Of a DNA stretch of 64,000 nt, positions 11,930 through 23,507 are shown piece after piece. Every line of letters begins with the position of its first letter. The first letter of the stretch is position 1. A program made the position numbers and the translations under genes. The DNA comes from Lama glama (Eukaryota), in NCBI GenBank assembly GCA_028534125.1, contig CM052832.1, positions 16,928,001 to 16,992,000 on the forward strand, read 5' to 3'. The notes beneath the pieces were generated by a model. It was not told where the DNA came from. It worked only from the letters and a program-made list of their open reading frames with translations, and did no database searches.

Positions 11930-13190
11930 ATTTCACCAACCCACTGACCCATTCTGTTTCTTCACCAAATCCTGCAGGAACCTCCATTTCAGCTGGTCTG
12001 TTCTTCCTTTCTTATCCCATTTCCACTCCCTGCTCCCCAAATACCCTTCCAACTCTCGACATTCTGTCAACCCCTCCCCAAGCTCACCAGTTCCATCTCC
12101 AGTTCTGAATCACCATTATTCTATTTCTCCCACTTCTGCTCCCAGACAGTAACCTAACACTAAAAAATCATGAAATCCTACCATCTTGGCCCACTACAAA
12201 TTATTAGCACTGACTCAATATACTCACTGGTGCTTGGCAAACTTCCTAACTCTTCTTGATTCTCTGGCACCAAACCTCCTGAGAAAATGAACCCCATCCA
12301 ATGTGAGCACAATTTCCCCTTCTCTTCACCTGAAAAGAGCGGAGTCTACATTATCTCTCCCTTTCTTAGAGGCAGGAGGGTATCTCTTCTTTCCCGAGGG
12401 AGTATCTAACTCCTCTCCTGCCATCCCCTCTGTCTCCCCATACCCACCATTCTTTGTGCAGCAGCCAAAGCAATTTTGCCAAAATGAAAACCAGGTCAGG
12501 GGAGAGGGGTGGGAGGGATAGACTGGGAGTTCAAAATTTGTAGATACTGATAGGCATATGTAGAATAGATAAACAAGATTATACTGTATAGCACAGGGAA
12601 ATATATACAAGATCTTGTGGTAGCTCAGTGAAAAAAAATGTGACAATGAATATATGTATGTTCCTGTATAACTGAGAAACTGCTCTACGCTGGAGTTTGA
12701 CACAACATTGTAAAATGACTATAACTCATTAAAAAAGTTAAAAAAAAAAAAGAAAACCAGGTCAATTCACACTCCTGGGTAAACACCGATGGCCTCCTAT
12801 TGCTCCTAGAACAGCATCCCAAGTCCCTACCAAGGTTTATAAGGCCATGTGTCCCAGCCCCTGCTTAAGCTCTAAGCTCAGGCCATGTTCCTTGTCCTAG
12901 TCAAGCTCCTTCCAGCTTCTGAGCCTTTGCACATCTGGTCCCTTCCACCAAGGCTCTTCTTTCCCGCTCATCTAGTTGGTTCCTTCTTCACCTCCGCGCC
13001 TCGGCTTTCACTGTTACTTCCTTTGAGGAGCCATCCCTCCACCGTTTCTCTCCGAGGACCCCGTTCCCTTTGGTGTGCTCCAGAGGCACCCCTCAGTTCC
13101 TGTCTTTGCTCTTGTAACAAACTCCAGGCGATGCTGCTGCTGCTGCAGGTCCAGCACTTTGGGAACCACTGCCCTTAAACATCCTTCTTG
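11930..13190 (+). mobile_element. Degenerate L2 fragments interrupted by the L1
   Basis: Pyrimidine-rich L2-like text (atggcctcctattgctcctagaac...cccaagtccc; gagcctttgcacatctggtccc). Boundaries approximate. Confidence 0.5.
12499..12751 (+). mobile_element. Young 5'-truncated L1 (3' UTR + poly-A) with 13-bp TSD, nested in an L2
   Basis: gggagggatagactgggagttc...ctgtatagcacagggaa...poly-A, with TSD GAAAACCAGGTCA at 12486-12498 and 12752-12764. Confidence 0.9.
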
Positions 13191-13789
13191 CCCACTTTCT
13201 ACAGAGGAGGGAGAATGCCCAGGGCTCTAGAGTCAGAAAACAAGGGCCACCGCCCCGGGAACACCCCCTCAGGCAGGGAGACCACGACCAGGTTAGCGTC
13301 TCTGAGACTGTTTCCTCATTAGGAAGGTGTGAACAAGACTCACTCACTTCTAAAAACATTTCTATGCTGCTCATTATGTATGACATTACTGCATGATTCA
13401 TGGATGATAAAGGTTGTTCATGAATAAAAATATTTGTTAGTGAAACCCCATTTTTCAATAACCATGTAAATGTGTTGTTTTTTTCCTTTTGCATCCCATT
13501 TCCATGCTGCTCTTTTTGGAGAAGCGGCATCCTTTTGCCCCTATCTCGGTCTATAACTATACACAGTGAGAGAAGAAATAAAATTTGTGTACATGGAGAG
13601 AAGTTATTTTGGAGCACCTGAAGTATCTAGTGAAGCTAGCGATCAAAAACTTGAAATGTGAAATTCTGGTATTCATTTTATAACATTCCTATATATTTTA
13701 TATATCATCTCATCTAGACTAGTGAACTGAGAATTTTCAGTGCCAAGTGTAAAGTGTAACATGAAATACATGGCAACAAAAGTTTAAAA

Positions 13790-13950
13790 AAAAAAGAAGC
13801 ACTTCACAAATAATTACATGTCTAATCCCTTAATAACCTCATGAGGTAGGTACTTTTTATCACCTTCCTGTTACAGATGAGGAAACAGGTACCAAGAGGC
13901 TGAGTCCGAGGCCACACCATTAACAGTGGGCTTCAAGCCCGCTCCCACTA
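13790..13950 (-). mobile_element. MIR SINE
   Basis: ataacctcatgaggtaggtac...ttacagatgaggaaacagg. Confidence 0.65.
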
Positions 13951-15044
13951 CTCAATGACAGACCTATTTCATGGAATGGAGGAGATTAATTCTTACTTGG
14001 CACAAGACCCTGATTTTTTTCCCTCAAATTCTGTAAGAGGGGCATCCCTTTATTTCTAATATACCCAACAGTGCCTCTACAACTATCTCCACATCAAACC
14101 TTCACTTTCGATATAAACCTCGTACTCGACATCTGGTGTTATCTGGCCAGAAAATAATTTCTCCAAATTTGATGTCCCAACTCAGTAAGTCTTGAATGGT
14201 TCCTGATAGTCTCCCTAGAATTGGAAGCATCTGATTATTCTCTCTCCAGCTCCCACACCTGGCCCTTCCCACTTGTCCTCTCCTTTCCATCCCTCTCCCT
14301 TGTCCTAATTCAGGATTTACTACCTCATCAGCACAAGTTAGGGTGCCCATCCTACAAGTTTTTCTGGTCCACCTCACCCATCACTACCCAAATATCACCA
14401 CCAACCACTTGCCACTGGGGTGTGACTTCCCAACCCCTGCCCTCCGACCCTGCTCTAATAAGCAGCCACACCAGCCATGCTCTCTCAACTCCCAGTCTTC
14501 TCTTCCTTCCAAGGCTTAGATCTGTTCTCTCCCTAGGTTCCAAAAATGGCTCCCTCTTCCTCATTATTCAAATCCTCATTATTTTTCAGGGTCCACCCTC
14601 AAGCGATCCCACCAAATAACCAAGTTCTGGATCATCTTTCCTTCTGTGAATGCGTGGCCACTTAACACCGAGAGCACCACACATTCGGCCCTTAGTCACA
14701 TCACATTATACACTCATCTCATCTTCCAAGTCTTCTCTAGCTAGACTACTCATGAAGGCAGACCTTGTCTTTTCCCTTCTTCACACCCCACGGGGCTGTA
14801 CATGTTGGCTGATATAGTAACTTCTAGGGGGATCAGCACTCTGCTCCCTGACCACAGGGCAGAATTCGGACAGTGAGAAACCCAAGTGTCCAAGGCGGGA
14901 GACTGCGGGTCACAGCCTCCCGTCCTGGTGGGGAGAGGGGGTACTAAATGCTGCCAGAAAACTGAATAAAGCAAATCCAGACTAAGAACAGTGTCAGGTC
15001 CCATGAATCTCCAAACAGTGACAGGGTGGCGGCAACTCCTTTCC

Positions 15045-15050
15045 TTTATT
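15045..15050 (-). terminator. Polyadenylation signal of ABCF1
   Basis: TTTATT on + (AATAAA on -) about 540 nt after the ABCF1 stop, with GT/T-rich sequence downstream on the minus strand. Confidence 0.75.
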
Positions 15051-15587
15051 TCTCCCTCTTGTAAAGGGAGATTTGAGTTCAGCAGCATTCCTTTCCTGCC
15101 CCCAAGTCCCCAGCCAGACTAGAGGCTGCAGGCACCAAATCCTGGGTCACAGCACAGGCCTCAGAACTTCCCTCTGGCTCTGAGCGGCAACAGCAGTTTA
15201 TCAGTTAAGTCAGCATTGAATCCACCAGAAAAGAGCAGCACCACTCACAGACCGGGGTGGCAGTGGGGCCTGAAGCTTTGAGGTGGACCAGAGACAGGCT
15301 TCTGAGTGAGGACAGAGTCTTAGACAACTGGCCACGTAAGCCTGGCTGGATGGAACCCCATGGTAACGAAGGTCACCTCTGTCTGTACAGAAGGAGTTCA
15401 AGGCCAGGCCAGCTCAGTTATCTGAAGAGAAGAACAGACAAGTCTTTCAGAGAAAAAGAAGCAGTCAAAGTGGTATCCTGGTCACATCAAGATCACGCTC
15501 CTTCTTCATGTGCCCGAGTGGCCGCTGGGTCAGAGGCAGGCTTCCGAGGAGAGCCAGGGAGGCGAGGGGACTTCCAAGACGGGGAGC

Positions 15588-17894
15588 TCACTCCCGGGGT
15601 CGGCTGACCATGACTTCACCCAGGGCCTCCAACACCTCCCGCTTGTAATCTTCGAAGTCACCGTCGATCTGGCTGACACTCTGCTCCTCCACCACCCACA
15701 GCTGGCAGTTGGTTTCGGTGATGAGTCGTGCATCATGACTGACGACGATCACAGCTTTGAAGAACGAGGGTGAGGAAGGAGGGCAGGAAGAAAGGAGGAA
15801 GAGGGGAATGAGAAGCTGAGGCGAGGGAGTCCTGACCAAAGGACACCACAGCTGGTCCCCAAGGGGAGGAGGAGGAGGGCGCGCCCTGTGCTGACTTACC
15901 ACCCTTGTACTCATTGATGGCCTCCCCCAGGGCGTCGATAGACTCGATGTCCAGGTTATTGGTGGGCTCGTCCTACGAGGAGGCGGCATCCCATGACTGA
16001 GCGTTCCGACTCCTCCCTCTCCTGTCTGACACCCTCACCCCGCCCCACAGTTCTGCTCACTCACCAAGATGAGGACATCGGGCTCCCGACAGGCCAGCTC
16101 CGCAAACACAACCCGGGCCTTCTGCCCGCCTGCAGCAAAGGAAAAGGAGACCCGTCGCCCCTTTTACCATTTGACACCTCTGCAGGTAAACCCCGAATGT
16201 GTGTCTGTGTGAGCGCTGAGGTCCCCCGAGTCCTGGCTCCTCTTCCCTCCTGCCTCTGAGTGCAGCCTACAGATATGAACATTAAGGAGGGACCCCTGGT
16301 ACCAGAGAGTTTGCAGATCTGGATGGTGTGGGCGTGACTCTCAAGGCCAAAGCGGCCCAGGCACTTGCGGGCATCCTGGTAGGGCAGGTTGAAGCCCCGC
16401 TGCAGGTACTCCGTGGGCGTCTCCTCCATGCGCAGCTGCTCCGCATACTGCTGGTTGAAGAAGCCAATTTTCTGCCCGAGACAAGAAGGGGGTGGTCAGT
16501 CAAAGTCACACTTCCTCTGTCAGCCTCTGACTCCCTAATTCCCAAAGCCAACTCACCAGGCGGTGGTTCTTTCTCATTTCCCCACGAGTCTGCAAGGAAA
16601 AAGCAAGTGGGAAGATAAGGAGAAGGGAAGGGTGCTGCAGCTCTGGCCCCAGCTTTTCTGAACGGGAGACAAATCCCAGGATTGGGCTGGGAACAAGCCA
16701 GGTGAAAAAGGGGACATGGGTGTTCTTCCTAATGCGACAAAGACACGCCCAGGAAATCAGAAGCAAGAGAACAAAGAAGGGGAAACAAAAGGCAGAGATT
16801 GAGAACCAGGAGAGACTGACCACCACCAAAGAACCACCCCCTCCCACCCTTCCTGTGAGACTCAGGAACTGCACATTTTCAGGGTTCCACCCCGGATGGG
16901 GAGGGAGGGACACTGTGTGTGAGGATGCAGGAACACCTTTCTGAGCAGCTGCTCTCTGCAGGCCCTCTCAACACTTTTCTGGAGGGTGTAGACAGCTACA
17001 ACCTGCCTAAGCACCACATACACCACCAAAGTCCCCAAAGCAATTCTAAGGAATTTATTATAAGGAAAAACTAAGTTCATGAACAGATACAGTAAGACTA
17101 TTTGCTGCACTATTGTCCTTTAGTGGAAAATCAGAAATACTCTAAATGACTGATATCAAAGAAATTATATAGATCCATAAAAAATGAATTCACCCACACA
17201 ATTACCAATGTGGAAAAATGATGTGTATCATCTGGAAAAAGCTGGCTAAAAAACAATTCACATAGTAGCAACTTTTGTTTAAAATAAATATATAAACTTG
17301 TAAAGGAAAAAGGAGAAAGCAAGCCACCAAAGTTAACAGCGGTTACCTCCACATTTTTCCCTGGCTTACGTAACTTCTAACACTTCTGGAATGGACATGC
17401 ATTTCTTGTGTGACCAAAACACATGTGGTGGGGTGTAGGGAGCCCCTGCACTGGCCCCAACCGTCCTGGCTCTTCTCTGGCTGATCTGAACTGCTCGCCT
17501 CTGCCGCACCCCTTAAGGAAATGAACCACCCCTCACGTGGTGGAGGGGGCTCCCCGAGTCCAGCCTCCGGGGAGCGGCCACACTCCCGCCGCGGGACTCA
17601 CGGGCGTCAGCTTGCCGGTCAGCAGCAGCAGCAGGGTGCTCTTCCCCACGCCGTTAGGGCCCACGATGCAGACTGCCGGGCAGGTGGGGGAGACAGGCGG
17701 TCAGAGGGCTGAGGTCCCCGGGGCTCCCGCTCTGCGGCCTGAACCTCCCCCGCCAACTCACTCCTCGAGTCCATGTCGATGCCAAAATCCAGATTCTTAA
17801 AGAGCGGCTTCTGCCCCTCATAGCCGAACGTCACACCTGAGAAAGCAGGAGCAGCCTTTCACTTTCCCCTCAGAGCCCGCGAGGCCGGCGGGGG

Positions 17895-17925
<31 letters not shown>

Positions 17926-20900
17926 CGGCGGCGGCGGCAGCGGCTCACCGTGCAGGCCCAGCACCGGCGGGCTGAGCGGCGGCGGGTCCGGGAAGGTGAA
18001 GCGCACGGTGTACTCCTTGGGGCGCTTCAGGAGCTCGGGGGCCTCCTGTGACTCCTCATCCTGGTTTTTCCGCCGACACTTCTGCTGCTTTCTCGTCAGC
18101 GCCTCCTTTGTTTGCTTTTCCTGGGGAGGAAGGGGAAGGGAGCGCCTCGAAAGGCAGGCCGGGCCCCAGAGGCCCGCTCCCTCGGCCTCCTCCTCAGGAG
18201 GGCCCCCGCCCGGAAGACCCAGGCGCTCACCGCCTGCTTGGTGGACTTGCCGCCCGCCTTCAGCTCCTTCAGCTTTTTCTCCTGCTTCTCATACTGCTTC
18301 AGCAGTTCCTTCTGCTTCTGCTGGTACATCTTCTTGAAGGTCACTGGGGCAACAGGGAGGACGGGCATCAATGGCTGTCCCTCTCCCCAGCAGAGGGAGA
18401 ACTAGGACGAGGGACAAGGGGGGTGGGCGTCACTGTCTAGAATTCTGAAAGGTTCAGCTTATCACCGCGTCCCTATGGGCCCTCCCTCTCAGGCCTTTCT
18501 CAAGGCACCATCCCTTTCCTCCCACCAGGTCTGCACACAACCCCACTTACTGTAATTGCCCCTATAGTAATGGAGCCGCTGGGCATCGAGATGGATGATG
18601 TCGGTGCAGACATCATCCAAGAAGCCCTGGTCATGGGAGACGATGAGCAGCGTCTTCCGCCAGCCCTGGAGGTAGCTGGGATTTAGAGAAGAGTGTGGAA
18701 ATGTTACAGTGGCTAAATTAGGATTAAGTTAGGGAAACGAGACAGACGACAGGGGCAAGAAAAGAAGGAAAGCTGGTATGAGAGCTGTCAAGGGCAGGAT
18801 GGGAACCAAAGATGCAAAGACTGTAATCAAGGGCAACTCACTTGTTGAGCCAAATAACAGCATTGAGGTCCAGGTGGTTGGTGGGCTCGTCCAACATCAG
18901 CAGCGTGGGCTCCATGAACAGTGCCCTAGAGGGTGGGGCAGCAGACTGTGGGGTTAGGGGGAGGAAGGTCCTTGCTCAGAGTGCCCAGACAAGCCTCTGC
19001 TGAGTGGAGCCTGAGACCACGACCACTCCTTCCCAGCCTCTTAGAGCAGTTCCCCTTTGGGAGACAGTTGAGAATATACTCCCAGGTAGAGGGAAAATCC
19101 CTGAGTCTGACAACGTGGATGATGAAGGAGAGAGAAGTTGGCCTTGAACCTCCTTACGGCCTTGGAAGAACAGAAAGGGAAGGACCCTGGTGGATGAAGG
19201 CTGGAAGGGAGGATGGTGAAGAGGGAAGCCCACCTGGCCAGGGAGACACGCATGCGCCAGCCCCCCGAGAACTTCTGTGTGGGCCGATTCTGCATTTCAG
19301 GGTCGAAGCCCAGACCAGCCAGGATCCGGCGGGCTTTGGCCTCTGCAGCAGCCGCCCCAGTAGCCCGCAACTCCTCATAGACCTGGGAGGAAGGGGAAGA
19401 GGACACATGTTTGGAAGTCCCGGGACCCCAGTCTCAGCCGTGTCCCCTGCGCCATCTCCTCTACCTTTTCCAGCCTCTCGGCAGCCATGTCATCACCCTG
19501 CTCCAGCTGTCCCTGAAGCCGCCGCTCCTCTTCCAGCAGCTTCAGCCGCTTGGTGTCAGCTCGAAGAACAGCCTGCACAGCTGGTGTCTCATCCGCTACC
19601 ACCTCTGGGGGCCGGGGGAGGAGTCAGGGCATCTCGAGGGCCAAGGCTCCTATTCCCTCTTCCCTTCTGCTTTGCCTGGCCCTGCCTGGCTCTCCACTCT
19701 TGTCCTGAATAAAACCCGTTCCAGTCTCTCCTCTCTTCTCCCAACTTCTTTAGCACCTGTTTCCCAGTTCCCAGTCTCTCCGCGTAACCTTTCCAACTCC
19801 ACAACCATGGTTTCTTCTAGCCTTGTTTGGCTCATTTACCCCAGCAGCCCCTTGTCAAGCCCCTGGGTTTCACCGCCTTCCCACCAGGGCTCACCCTGCT
19901 CGCACAGCAGCACATCGATGTTGGGAGGGATGCTCAGGGCTCGGTTGGCGATGTGCTTCAGGAGGGTGGTCTTGCCCTTGCTGGGGAATGAGAGCTTTCA
20001 GGACCAGGCCACCAGAGACCCGAAGGAGGTCTACCTCTCCTTCCAGCCCTTCTCTTCACGTATCCCCTGCCCCACCTCTCCTCACCCGTTGGGTCCCACC
20101 AGCCCGTAACGGCGGCCAGCGACAATGTACAGGTCAGCGTTGACGAATAGCTCCTTGCCATGGGCTGAGATGCTGAACTTCTCCAGCTGCAGTGGTCAGG
20201 GAAGGAAGGAGCACATGAGAACTCTCCCTTCCACACAGCAACTGCAGCTTTCTTCCTGCAGGGGAGCCTCCGACAAACCCTGACTGCCAGCATAATACCC
20301 CTCCTCTCACCACACCGGTCCCAAGCACTGCCTCTAGCAGGAGTCTCCAAACCCTAAGTCGGTCCAGCCTGCCCCACCCTATTTCCCTCCAAGGGAAGGG
20401 AACTATCTTCTCCCTCAAGCTGGCAGAACTTAAGGTATGGAAAACACTTCCAAGCTTTCTTCCCATACCCACTTCCTCGGCTGCCACAGCCACTCATGCA
20501 AAGGGGAGAGAAGTGGCAGGTTCCTGGGCCAACTGGCAGGAGGGGCCCCCTCAGAACCTACCTTGATGTCAGATGCATTTTCTAACATAGCCTGGCGGGA
20601 GGATACCTCTGCTTGCGACACAGAGAAGTCATTTTCAGCAGCATTGGCTGCTTTTAATGAAGCCACCTGGCGCTCATACTCCATCTGAGAAGAAAGGGAA
20701 AAAATCACTTTTGAGGCCACTGTCTGCCAGTATCCCATCACCATGATACAGCCCTGTGTCATCAGACACCAAGCCAAGACTCACAGAACATAATCCTTTC
20801 CTTACTCCAACTGTTTTACTTGAAGGAGCACCCAAAGCTCTCTTCTTGTCCCCTAATTCACCCGTCCCTTACCTGAAGCATTACAATTTAAAAAAAAAAT

Positions 20901-23469
20901 CAAATTCTCCTACCTTTAACCACTAAGAACCCAAGGTCTCACCTGTTTCTTCAGCTTTTTCTTCTCTTTCTTGCTAAGGTGAGCGTAGGGATCATCAGCC
21001 TTGGACTCCCCTTCCTCCTCTTCTTCTCCTTCTTCCTCGGAGCCCTGTGAGAACCAGGGATAGTAAAACACAAGGGATCCCTTCCAGAACTCAGACTTCA
21101 CATCATCTACCCCCAGTTCCACAGCCAGCTGTCTTTCTCCACCCAGAGTCCTGAAATATCTTGGCAGACCCACTCTCATCCTCATACCCACCCTGGTCTC
21201 CTTACCACTCTTTATTCTCCATTTCTGCCCCCAGGAAACATACAAGACAGACGAGATCAGTGTGTATGTATGTGTGTGTGTATGACAGGTAACAACGTGA
21301 AATGGCCAATACAATGTAACTGAAGGGAGAATAACTGGAACAGGCTCTTTTTCCTCATGTATCAGATGAGTTTCTGTGGCCTAAATGGTAACCTCCAAAA
21401 AAAGACTTGGAAGCCCTAATATACATCCACTGAGAAATCCAGCAAAATCACAGAACTGGCAAGTGCTAGCAGTACAGGGGAGCTCAGAGATCACTAGTTC
21501 ACACAGATGAGATAACTGAGACCCAAGGAGGTAGAAGGATGCACTCAAGGTCACACAGTCGGTGAGTGGCAGAGCCAGAACCCAGACTGTCCGAGGCAAA
21601 GGCCCAGGTCCTTTTCTTTCTGGATCAGGAGTTGCAAATTATGGCCCTTGAGCTAAGAATAGTTTTTACATTTTTGAAGGGTTTCTCCAAAAACGTAAAA
21701 GAAGAATATGCACCAGAGACGGTATGTAGCCTAAAAAGTCAAAAATATTTACTATGTGGCCATTTATAGAAATTTGCCAACCCCTGCTCTGGACAGTAGG
21801 TGCACCCCCAGATCCTGCCCCATCCCAAGGGCCACAGAGCCCGAGTCCCCCAGCCCACCTTCCCCTGACACCAAAATACACACTTGCTCTGCCTTCTTGG
21901 CCTTCTCCTTCTCTTGCCCGGGAGGCTCCTTTTCTTTTGTTATTTCCTCTTCATCCTCCTCCTCCTCATTGTCGAGAGCAGCAAATTTATTTTGAGGCTA
22001 TTCGGGAAAATACAGCAGGTCTGATGAAATGCTCTGATTCCTAAGACCCAGACCCTCCTCCTGCCAGTACTCCCTTACCTTGGCCTTCCCCTTTGACTTC
22101 TCCTCCTTTCCCTTTCTGCTCTTGAGCCCTGGCTGTTGTTCCTGAGATACAGCCTGGGGAAGACACAGACACAAATTAATCTGCGAGCCTGTAGCTTAAC
22201 AGGCATTTCTATGGAGTCTAGGAGTAGTAGTTAACGATACTGAGTCTGCCAGGGAGAAAATGAGACCCAGAGAAACGCTAGCCTCCAGCTGGAGACTAGA
22301 TAGGGAACAGACGACTAGAGAGTATCAGCACAGCTTAGGGAACTGTGAGTTAGTCAAGTGAGCCACGTGAGCGGGCAGCCCTAACACTGGAGGTTTCCTG
22401 GAGAGGGTGAATCTCGAGAAGAGTTAATGGACATGGGCTTGGACAAGGCATTCTAGGGAAAAGGGAAGAGACACCATAAAGAACAAAGGCTTCAACACAC
22501 AGTCAAACTGGATGCCAAGATGTGATCAGGCTGATCTGAAAGGTATATGAAGAGTCCTGTAACCCTGCTGAGGGGTCCAAGTGGAAGAGTAAAGACTTGA
22601 AGGCTTTTGTTTTAGATTCTGAGTTTGAAAGCACCACTGTAGATTTCTCAGTGATGAAAAGTATTTTAAAAAGCTGATTTTGACAGTATAAGCAAGGCAG
22701 ACCTAGGAGAGCTAGTTTAAAAGCAGGAAAAACAGGCAGGGAATGACCACACGGTGGCTAGAAGGTGCCACCTGGGGTGGGAGTGACCGGCAGAGCCACC
22801 GCTTTCACCTTATTGATCCGATTCTTCTCTGGCTTGGCCGGCTTAGGAGGATGTTTTTCTTCCTCCTCCTCTTCCTCACTCTGATCCTGAATCAGGGCTG
22901 CAAAAACATTACCACCCTGGAGAATGAAAGGGCCGGAGAAGTCAGCAGGATGGTCAAGGCTGCACGCCTGGAGTCTCTGTCTACCATACAGATAGATGGC
23001 TTACCTTGGTTTTCTTCCCTCCTCGGGGAACCGGGGCAGGTACTGAAACAACAAGGGAGAAGATGAGACAGGAAAGAGAATTACATCCAGCTCCTCTATC
23101 TAATCCAACTTCAAGAGCAAGGAATGAAGTCTGTGACCCTTCATGACTCAGGGATTCCAGTACCCATTTCCCTCAGGGCATTTACCCTCATCCTCCTCGT
23201 CACTGGCCGGCACTGAGAGCTTCTTAAGACGCTCCATGAGCTCCTTCTCTTCTCCATCGTCATCCACATCCTTCTTCCGCCGGCCTTTTCGGGTGTCTCG
23301 TTTCTTTTTTTGCTGCTGAACGCAAAACAGAATGAGAGAATGAAGGCCAGGCTGCTGCTGTATTTCTGCCCTGGAGAGAGTTCCCTATCAGCCGAGCCAA
23401 CTGATGTGGGCTGCGGAGGGGTTGGGGACCTAAGATGCCCGGGTGGATTGGTAGGTCCGGACACTGGTA

Positions 23470-23507
<38 letters not shown>

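Noticed and set aside
18933..20109. 259-aa and 232-aa plus-strand ORFs
   Set aside because: Antisense to ABCF1 exons/introns, no domain features.
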